Notes under the pieces: generated by a model
Told to the model about the DNA's origin: nothing
Database searches by the model: none
The model's input: the letters and a program-made list of their open reading frames with translations, nothing else
Shown: positions 56,899 through 64,000 of the stretch, in pieces
Numbering within the stretch: position 1 is the first letter of the stretch
Layout of the letters: every line of letters begins with the position of its first letter
From: a candidate division WWE3 bacterium CSP1-7
GTDB lineage: Bacteria > Patescibacteriota > WWE3 > 9FT-COMBO-53-11
DNA length: 64,000 bases
Direction of reading: 5' to 3'
Assembly: GCA_001443395.1 (NCBI GenBank)
Contig: LDXK01000001.1
Span: 1 to 64,000 of the forward strand
Made by a program: the position numbers and the translations under genes

Positions 56899-57375
56899 AT
56901 GACGAATTGGCAGAAGACAACGCTTCTCCTCCTGAGGTTAGCCCTGGGTTGGGTTTTCCTCTACGCCGGCCTCACCAAGGTTCTCAGTCCTGATTGGACC
57001 GCCGCGGGGTATCTCAAAGGGGCGAAAACCTTCACCGATCTCTACCAGTGGTTCGCCGCCGACGCCAACATTGGCTGGGTCAGCTTCCTTAACCAGTGGG
57101 GACAGGTGCTGATCGGGGCCGCGATGATCCTGGGAATAGGAGTCCGAATTGCCTCCTGGGGCGGAGCCCTGATGATGCTTTTGTACTACTTCCCGGTCCT
57201 AGTTTTCCCCAAAATCGGGGCGAACAGCTACCTGGTGGACGAGCACATCATCTATGCGCTGGTTTTCTTGGTCTTCGGAGCGCTAGGAGCACAGAGCACT
57301 TGGGGAGTTTCCGCTTGGCTGAAGAGCAAGGGTTTGCTCCAAAAACCGGCTTGGTTGGCTAGGATACTGGGTTAG
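56899..57375 (+). CDS. DoxX-family membrane protein
   Basis: LRLALGW.F..AG..K; 4 TM; VDEH. Confidence 0.85.
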   Translation: MTNWQKTTLLLLRLALGWVFLYAGLTKVLSPDWTAAGYLKGAKTFTDLYQWFAADANIGWVSFLNQWGQVLIGAAMILGIGVRIASWGGALMMLLYYFPVLVFPKIGANSYLVDEHIIYALVFLVFGALGAQSTWGVSAWLKSKGLLQKPAWLARILG

Positions 57376-57376
57376 G

Positions 57377-57426
57377 AAAAATGGACGGCCGCCTATGGCG
57401 ACCTAGCATTTTGAAGAAACAAAATG
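57377..57426 (+). repeat. GAC/TAG hairpin family copy upstream of the ndh-like gene
   Basis: AAAATG-GAC-G-GCCGCC TAT GGCGAC-C-TAG-CATTTTGAAGAAACAAAATG. Confidence 0.75.
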
Positions 57427-58593
57427 AAAACAGAAAACATTGTTATCCTGGGCGGGGGCTTTGGTGGTTTTAGGACGGCCCTGAACCTAGAGAGGTCTCT
57501 CCGAAGAGATCGCCGGTATCGGATCATCCTAATCGATCAGAATACGTTCCACCTGTACACCGCCAGCTTGTACGAGGTGGCGACCGGAGAGCTTTCTCCC
57601 CGGTGTGTCCTCCTTCCTTTTCATCGCTGTCTCGACCACAAAAAAATTGATTTCATTAATGCGACCGCTACCGAGCTCGATCCGGTTAAAAAGATCATCA
57701 AAACCAGTTCCGGCGATCAAATCCCCTACTGGAAGCTGGTTTTCGCTTTGGGAGGTGACACCGAAGATTTCGGCATTCCGGGCGTGACTCAATTCGGCTT
57801 GGGGATAAAATCGGTTACCGACGCGGAGCGGATCCGCCAAAACCTGGCCCGTTGCGCCGTCACCAAGGGACAAGCGGTTAAGGTCGTCGTGGGCGGGGGC
57901 GGATTCGCCGGAGTTGAAGTGGCCGGGGAACTCACCGGATACCGCGGTTGTCCGGTCGAGGTGACGGTGATTGAAGCCGCTCCTCGAATCCTGAGCGGGC
58001 TTCCGGAAATAATTTCCAAAACCGTGTCCCAGAGACTCAATCTTCTCGGAGTAAAAATCACCACCTCCTCGCCCATCAAAGAAGTCGGGTCGGATCGAAT
58101 CCTTCTCGCCACCGGACGGGAAATCTCCTACGACGTCTTGATTTGGACGGCCGGGGTGCGGGGATCGCGTTTCCTAAACCCGAATGTTTTTCCGCTCGAT
58201 AAAAAGAAGGCTCTGGTCGTGGATCGGTATCTCCGCGTCAAGGGGTTCGAGGATATCTTCGTGGTGGGTGACAACGCCGCCACGGGAGTAGCTTGGACCG
58301 CCACCAAAGCTGAGGCGGATGGCAGGATCGCGGCCCGCAACATCGTCGCCCAGGTTCGCAAAAAGCCCCTGAGGGCTTACCGAGTCTTCGAACCGCCGTT
58401 CATTATCCCGGTCGGGAGAAATTGGGCAATCGCCAAGGTCGGTTCGATGATCTTCTGGGGAAGACCCGCTTCAATCCTCAAAGATTTAGTGCTTTTCAAC
58501 TACCTGATCAAAATTGTGCCAATTTGGAAGGCCTGGAAAATCTGGTGGCGGGGGGAATCCGAGGCACTGGAAATCAAGCGGCCCGTTTCCTAA
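57424..58593 (+). CDS. NDH-2-like NAD(P)/FAD oxidoreductase
   Basis: GGGFGG, LYEVATG, GGGFAGVEVAGEL, IWTAG, GD. Confidence 0.88.
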   Translation: MKTENIVILGGGFGGFRTALNLERSLRRDRRYRIILIDQNTFHLYTASLYEVATGELSPRCVLLPFHRCLDHKKIDFINATATELDPVKKIIKTSSGDQIPYWKLVFALGGDTEDFGIPGVTQFGLGIKSVTDAERIRQNLARCAVTKGQAVKVVVGGGGFAGVEVAGELTGYRGCPVEVTVIEAAPRILSGLPEIISKTVSQRLNLLGVKITTSSPIKEVGSDRILLATGREISYDVLIWTAGVRGSRFLNPNVFPLDKKKALVVDRYLRVKGFEDIFVVGDNAATGVAWTATKAEADGRIAARNIVAQVRKKPLRAYRVFEPPFIIPVGRNWAIAKVGSMIFWGRPASILKDLVLFNYLIKIVPIWKAWKIWWRGESEALEIKRPVS

Positions 58594-60032
58594 TCCAACT
58601 CGAGGATTTTTAACGCTCCCGCGATCCGGCTGACCGTCTTTTCCTTACCCAAAACATCCATGCACTCGAAGAGAGGAGGAGAAACGGCCTGTCCCGTCAC
58701 GGCAACTCTCAAGAGCATGAATAGTTCCGGGGCTTTCCACCCTTTTTCTTGGGACAGTCCTCGCGCCTCCTCTTCCAACCGCCCTGTCCTCCAGTCGTCC
58801 TCCTTCTCGAATCGGGCCAGAGCCTCCCTCAGTTTTTCCGCCGCCGATCCGGCCGATCCTCCCTGCTCGGCCAACTCTTCTTTGGTCCAAGCCACATCAT
58901 TGAAGAAAAATCCCGCCAGGCCTTCAAACTCCCCCAACTTCTTGATTCTTTCCTTAACCAAAGGCGAAATCTTCTGCAGGATCTCGGGGTCGACGTCTAA
59001 ACCGCGGTATGTTTTTAGGTATTCTCCTAACTTTTCCGCAAGCGTTTGATCCCCCAAAGCCCGGATGTATTCCCCATTCATCCAATCAAGTTTCTCTCGA
59101 TCAAAAACCGGGGCGGTCGGGGAAATGCGACGCAAGTCGAGCTTCTCCACCAATTCCTCAATCGAGAAGATCTCCTTCCCTTGCGGATGGGACCAACCCA
59201 AAAGCGCCAGGAAATTCAACAGGGCTTCAGGCAGATATCCTTCTTCCTTAAATTCGAGGATTCCCACCGATCCATGTCGTTTGGAAAGTTTGGCCCGACT
59301 CGCTTCCCTCAAGACCGGGAAGTGGGCAAATTTCGGCGGCTCCCATCCAAAGGCTTGATAAAGCAGAATGTGCTTGGGAGTGGAAGAGATCCATTCCTCG
59401 CCACGCAGCACATGAGTTATCCCCATTAGATGGTCGTCCACCACCACCGCCAGGTGATAAGTCGGATAGCCGTCCGATTTGATGAGAACCTGATCGTCCA
59501 GAACACTGTTCTCAAAGCCGATTTCGCCACGAATCAAATCGGCAAAAGATGTCCTCCCCTCTTCCGGAACTTTGAGCCTGATGACGAACTTCTCTTTTTT
59601 GGCCCGGGCGGCCGCAGCTTTGGGATCAATTTTCCGGCAGAATCGGTCATAGCGGGGCGAGAGACCTTTCTTCTGGGCCTGCTGGCGGACCTCCTCCAAA
59701 CGGGCCTCGCTGCAGAAGCAGTAATAGGCGTGGTCGTTTTTGACCAAATCCGCGGCGTGCTCCAGATAGATGGGCAAGCGCTCGGACTGGCGAAGAGGGC
59801 CTTCATCCCAACCAAAACCCAACCAAGTCAACGCCTCCAAGATCTGGCCCTCGGCCTGGGGCAGGAAGCGAGCCCGGTCCGTGTCTTCAATCCTCAAGAT
59901 AAATTTCCCATGGTTTTGCTTTGCCCAAGCCCAATTAAAGAGCGCGACATAGGCGGTGCCGACGTGGGGGGCGCCGGTGGGCGAAGGGGCGAGGCGCGTT
60001 TTGATCGCCGAAGATTCTTTTTTCGCCTTCAT
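58590..60032 (-). CDS. gltX: Glutamate--tRNA ligase
   Basis: APSPTG..HVG, LRIEDTD, KLSKR. Confidence 0.97.
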   Translation of the reverse strand: MKAKKESSAIKTRLAPSPTGAPHVGTAYVALFNWAWAKQNHGKFILRIEDTDRARFLPQAEGQILEALTWLGFGWDEGPLRQSERLPIYLEHAADLVKNDHAYYCFCSEARLEEVRQQAQKKGLSPRYDRFCRKIDPKAAAARAKKEKFVIRLKVPEEGRTSFADLIRGEIGFENSVLDDQVLIKSDGYPTYHLAVVVDDHLMGITHVLRGEEWISSTPKHILLYQAFGWEPPKFAHFPVLREASRAKLSKRHGSVGILEFKEEGYLPEALLNFLALLGWSHPQGKEIFSIEELVEKLDLRRISPTAPVFDREKLDWMNGEYIRALGDQTLAEKLGEYLKTYRGLDVDPEILQKISPLVKERIKKLGEFEGLAGFFFNDVAWTKEELAEQGGSAGSAAEKLREALARFEKEDDWRTGRLEEEARGLSQEKGWKAPELFMLLRVAVTGQAVSPPLFECMDVLGKEKTVSRIAGALKILELD

Positions 60033-60092
60033 CTGAAGAAATCTTAACATTTTCCCGGAAGAAGAGGGGGGAATTTTGATAGACTTGAGAGG

Positions 60093-61187
60093 ATGAATCT
60101 CTACGAATTTGCCGCTTTCGTCCGGCGGGCCATAATCTACCTCGCGCTGGGAATCGCCGCGGCAGTCATCCTGTACTTTCTCTATAAACTGGCGGTAAAC
60201 ATCTATCTCACCATCTATCCCCCACCCGAAACTCCCCCCACGGTGGGGTTCGGAAAACTGCCAAAGCTAAGGCTCCCATCTCTGGAGATTAAAGGAAAAC
60301 CGGCCTACATTTTGGAAACGGCCACCGGCCAGCTGCCGCAGTTCGACGACCGGGCCAATGTGGTGGCGATGAAACCAAGCCAGCCGACGCTTCTAGGAGA
60401 ACAGAAGGCCCGAGAACTGGCGCGGGCGCTGGATTTTGGCGGGGAAGGAGACCTGAGCTCCGATAAGAAATTTCTCACTTTCCGAGATGCCACCGACGCC
60501 CGCACTCTCACCGTAAATGTCACCAACCAAAACTTCACTCTCACCACGACTTTCGCCCGGATCAGCACTCTTCCCAAAGGGTCGGCCCCTTCCGGGCCGG
60601 AAGCGATCCAGGAAGCGCGGGATATCTTGTCCCGCCTCGGGCTGCAGAAGTTCGGTTTTGAAGCCGGTAACCAAACCACCTCCTTCCGAGTGGCCAACTC
60701 ACAGGGAATTGCCGCGGCCGGATCGCTCTCGGAGGCGCATTTCACCGAAGTGGACTTCTTCCGCTCCTTAACTGAAGTCGGTGACCAAAATTACCCGATC
60801 GTGCCGACCGATCCCAAGAAAGGCCTCATCCAAGTTTGGGTGACCACCGGACTTAAGCCGGAAATCAACAACATCCTGGGGGTTACCTACAACGCCCAGG
60901 AAACCGAGATCGATAAAACCCAGGTGGAAACTTATCCCATCGGCGATGTGATGGCGAACTGGGAGGAAATCAAGTCCGGCCAGGGAACGGCTTACGTGGG
61001 GTCGGCGGAAGACTTAAGCACCGTCCAGATCAATTCGATCACCCTAGCGTACTTCGACGATGCCGTCCACCAGAACTATCTGCAGCCGATCTACGTTTTC
61101 TCCGGCGTTGCCAAAACCGTTAGCAACAAGGAAGTGGAATTCGTGGCTTATTCGCAGGCGGTTTCCGGAGATTGGCTAGAAGAATAA
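60093..61187 (+). CDS. Membrane-anchored hypothetical protein
   Basis: N-terminal TM, P.VGFGKLP, YLQPIYVFSG. Confidence 0.8.
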   Translation: MNLYEFAAFVRRAIIYLALGIAAAVILYFLYKLAVNIYLTIYPPPETPPTVGFGKLPKLRLPSLEIKGKPAYILETATGQLPQFDDRANVVAMKPSQPTLLGEQKARELARALDFGGEGDLSSDKKFLTFRDATDARTLTVNVTNQNFTLTTTFARISTLPKGSAPSGPEAIQEARDILSRLGLQKFGFEAGNQTTSFRVANSQGIAAAGSLSEAHFTEVDFFRSLTEVGDQNYPIVPTDPKKGLIQVWVTTGLKPEINNILGVTYNAQETEIDKTQVETYPIGDVMANWEEIKSGQGTAYVGSAEDLSTVQINSITLAYFDDAVHQNYLQPIYVFSGVAKTVSNKEVEFVAYSQAVSGDWLEE

Positions 61188-61189
61188 CG

Positions 61190-62500
61190 TTAGAGGTGGT
61201 GATCCACTCGTTTCATATCGCGGGGGAAGAGGCTGGCTTCCCGAATATTTGCTAGTCCCAAAGTCTGCATCGTCACCCGCTCCGCGCCGATCGCAAATCC
61301 CCCGTGAGGTGGCATCCCGTATTTGAAAGCCTGCAAGTAGAGCTCAAAATCTTTCGGATCATTTCCCCACTTCTTGATATTGGAAACCAGTTTGTCGTAC
61401 TCGTGAATCCGCTGTCCCCCCGTCACCCACTCCAACCCCCGGCCCAGCAGGTCAAAGCTCAGAGTAAGTTCGGAATCATCCGGGTCGGGATGAACATAAA
61501 AAGGTCTTTTGGAGGTGGGAAAATGGGTGATAAAAACCATCTCCGAACCGTGTTTCTTTTTTGCCCATTCGCAAATGTCTTTTTCATCCTCGGGTGAGAG
61601 GTCCGGATCGCCACGGACGTCCCGGCCGGTCTCTTTGAAAATGACTTCCTGCGCCTCTTGCAATTTCAAACGAGGAAAGTGGGTCTTGTAAACCGGCAGC
61701 GTGGCCGAATAAAGAGCCATCTCTTCCTGACAGTTCTCCTTTATCCCCTTGAATATTCCCAAAGTCACTTTTTCGGCCAGGTCCAACAGGTCCGTCCAGT
61801 CCTCCAGGAATCCCATCTCGCAATCCAGGCTCACATACTCGGAGAGGTGGCGGGTTGTTTCGGAAGGTTCGGCCCGAAAGGCTTTGGTAACCGTGAAATC
61901 CCTCTCGAAAACTCCCACCATGATCTGCTTGTAGAGTTGGGGGCTCTGTCCCAAAAAGGCCTTTTTGTCATAGTACTCGACCGGGAAAACCTGCGCTCCC
62001 CCCTCGGTAACCGAAGGAACAATCGTCGGAGCCTGGAACTCGGTAAAATCCAAACCCTTCAGGATCTGGCGAAAGGAACTCACGATCACCTCTTGAACCT
62101 TGAAGATCGCTTTTACTTTGGGATGCCTAAGGGTGAGCGGACGGTAATCCAAGAGAGTCGGGAGTTCCACGTCGAGTTTCTCTTTGGTGATATCAAACGG
62201 AAGCTCTTGGGAGTGCGCCAAAACATCAATCTTGGAAACTTTCACCTCAACTTTTCCGGTCGGAAGGTGGGGGTTGATATTCTTTTCTCCTCTTTCTTTG
62301 ACCTCGCCGTTAACCCGAATCACATCTTGAACGTTGAGAACGGCGGCATCCTCACCGCAAACGAGCTGGGTAATTCCCGTCCGGTCAATCAAATCGATAA
62401 AGATCAGCTTTCCGTGATCGCGGCGGTTGTAAACCCAACCGGATAGGCAAACTTTTTTTCCAATTTTCTCGGGAGTTTCCGCGGAGAGTGTTCTTTCCAC
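61190..62500 (-). CDS. aspS: Aspartate--tRNA ligase, short non-discriminating/archaeal type
   Basis: QSPQLYKQ, FRAE, GGQR, GMPPHGG..IG.ER, FPRD; no GAD insert. Confidence 0.93.
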   Translation of the reverse strand: MERTLSAETPEKIGKKVCLSGWVYNRRDHGKLIFIDLIDRTGITQLVCGEDAAVLNVQDVIRVNGEVKERGEKNINPHLPTGKVEVKVSKIDVLAHSQELPFDITKEKLDVELPTLLDYRPLTLRHPKVKAIFKVQEVIVSSFRQILKGLDFTEFQAPTIVPSVTEGGAQVFPVEYYDKKAFLGQSPQLYKQIMVGVFERDFTVTKAFRAEPSETTRHLSEYVSLDCEMGFLEDWTDLLDLAEKVTLGIFKGIKENCQEEMALYSATLPVYKTHFPRLKLQEAQEVIFKETGRDVRGDPDLSPEDEKDICEWAKKKHGSEMVFITHFPTSKRPFYVHPDPDDSELTLSFDLLGRGLEWVTGGQRIHEYDKLVSNIKKWGNDPKDFELYLQAFKYGMPPHGGFAIGAERVTMQTLGLANIREASLFPRDMKRVDHHL

Positions 62501-62514
62501 GCTCTAATGATAAC

Positions 62515-63918
62515 TTATCCGCGCACCATCTTCTCAATTTCCGAACGGGCCTGTTCGGTTTTGACAAACCGGAGCCAATCCGGCGAGGGTTTCCGGCCTT
62601 TGGCCGTAATAATCTCTATCATCTCACCGGTTTTGAGCGGGTAATCAAGGGAGACCACCTTGCCGTTTGCCTTGGCGCCGGCGCACTGCCGGCCGATCTG
62701 GGTGTGCACCGCAAAGGCAAAATCAACCGGGGTCGCGCCCTTCGGCAGAACCTTGACGTCTCCCTTGGGGGTGAATACAAAAACGCGGTCAGGAAAGAGA
62801 TCCAGCTCTCGGCCCTTCCCCCAGACCAAGAGAGACTTGATGATCCTGATCCTCTCCTCAGCGGTAACGTGCCGGTCTCCTTTTTCTTTGTAGATGGAAT
62901 GCGTCGCCAGGCCATACTCGGCGACCTCGTGCATCGGCCCCGTCCGGATCTGGATCTCCACCGGATGCTGATTCACTTCAAAGACCGCGTGGAGAGATTG
63001 ATAGCCATTGACCTTCGGATTAGCGATGTAGTCATCGAAGAGTTCGGGAACCTCCTTCCAAAGCCGGCGGACAATATCCAAAACTCGGTAGCAATTTTCG
63101 ACTGTATCGGTAACAACCCGCAGTCCCAACACATCAAAAAGACGGCCGCCGGGATGGCTCTTGTAGCGGGTCATCTTCCGGTAAACTCCAAAGAGGTGCT
63201 TGGTGCGGCTGGTGATTTCAACCGGAATGCTTTGATGATGGAGCTCCGTGGAAATCTTATCGGAAACCAGATCGACAACCCGGGACATTTTTTCGCTCTC
63301 CGACCGAACGGCGCTCTTGATACTTTCAAACTCGCGAGGGTGAAGAATCTCGAATGCCTGGTCCTCCATTTCGGACTTGAATCGGTAGAGCCCCAATATC
63401 TCCGCTAGCGGCGCCCAAATGTCAAAAACTTTCTGGGCGGATATTCTCCGCTCCTCCTCCGTCAGGACCGAGGAAGTGCGCAGGTTGTGGATCTTATCCG
63501 CCAGGCGAATTATCATCACCCGCGGATCATGAATCGAAGCCAGGATCAGGTGGCGGAGGTTTTCCCAGTCTTTCCCCTTGCCGATTTCCACCCGCCCGCT
63601 CGCCGCCCGGACCACTGTCAATCCGTCAACCAGCGCTGCGATCTCTTCATTGAACTCTTTTGCCAGCATCTGCCGGTCGATGTCGCTCTCTTCGAGAACA
63701 TCGTGAAGGAGCGCCGCCGCCAACGTCACCGAATCGACCCGATAATCCGCCAGATAATCGGCGGTTTTGAGAAGATGGGCGATCTCATCCTCGCCGTTCC
63801 GGCGCTTCTGCCCCAGGTGAGCCGCTTCCGCAAAAGCGTAGGCGTGGCGGACCAGATCCAGATCCACACCCTGGTCATACTCTTGATGTTTTTTCAAAAG
63901 AGTGTCCAAGTTCACCAT
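62515..63918 (-). CDS. RelA/SpoT homolog (HD, synthetase and TGS; no ACT)
   Basis: LLHD, RLADKIHN, KVNGYQSLH, EIQIRT, VFTPKG. Confidence 0.92.
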   Translation of the reverse strand: MVNLDTLLKKHQEYDQGVDLDLVRHAYAFAEAAHLGQKRRNGEDEIAHLLKTADYLADYRVDSVTLAAALLHDVLEESDIDRQMLAKEFNEEIAALVDGLTVVRAASGRVEIGKGKDWENLRHLILASIHDPRVMIIRLADKIHNLRTSSVLTEEERRISAQKVFDIWAPLAEILGLYRFKSEMEDQAFEILHPREFESIKSAVRSESEKMSRVVDLVSDKISTELHHQSIPVEITSRTKHLFGVYRKMTRYKSHPGGRLFDVLGLRVVTDTVENCYRVLDIVRRLWKEVPELFDDYIANPKVNGYQSLHAVFEVNQHPVEIQIRTGPMHEVAEYGLATHSIYKEKGDRHVTAEERIRIIKSLLVWGKGRELDLFPDRVFVFTPKGDVKVLPKGATPVDFAFAVHTQIGRQCAGAKANGKVVSLDYPLKTGEMIEIITAKGRKPSPDWLRFVKTEQARSEIEKMVRG

Positions 63919-63953
63919 TGCAGAATAAGCTTAACTCAAAGGTTAACGATTTC

Positions 63954-63986
63954 AATGGACGGCTCGGCTATGCCGAACCTAGCATT
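63954..63986 (+). repeat. GAC/TAG hairpin family copy
   Basis: AATG-GAC-G-GCTCGGC TAT GCCGAAC-C-TAG-CATT. Confidence 0.7.
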
Positions 63987-64000
63987 CCGGAGGAATGTGA

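Noticed and set aside
1-64000. CRISPR array, integrase, transposase or rRNA
   Set aside because: No regularly spaced repeat-spacer array and no recognisable recombinase, transposase or rRNA sequence seen.

Overview
A 64 kb chromosomal segment of a reduced-genome bacterium. Gene content (non-discriminating AspRS, membrane-anchored Clp ATPase, TrpR/YerC-like repressor, SD-less core genes) suggests CPR/Patescibacteria, possibly WWE3-like; this is inference. It carries a Wbp-type diacetamido-uronate pathway, glnA, a glycosylation/sulfatase-like cluster, glmS-yvcK, a surface-protein island, ftsEX with two paralogous hydrolases, prfB, secA, serS/lysS/gltX/aspS, greA, a full SUF operon, two tRNAs, obg, a DEAD-box helicase and a RelA/SpoT homolog. 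Most striking unexplained signals: (1) two tandem structured non-coding RNA genes at 28.7-29.25 kb, each with its own promoter and terminator, exposing perfectly complementary loops, suggesting an undescribed two-RNA complex; (2) a dispersed hairpin family (ATG-GAC-G[variable stem]C-TAG-CAT, at least 7 copies), often just upstream of start codons; (3) an operon of an acidic protein, a single-ring Clp-type ATPase with a Cys/His insert and an HNH nuclease, beside a tandem metallophosphoesterase-wHTH gene; (4) an ATAGTATACTAT palindrome family around the TrpR-like gene, including larger palindromes inside coding sequence; (5) cassettes bounded by direct repeats after glnA and tRNA-Gln. All family calls and folds were made by eye; no searches were run.
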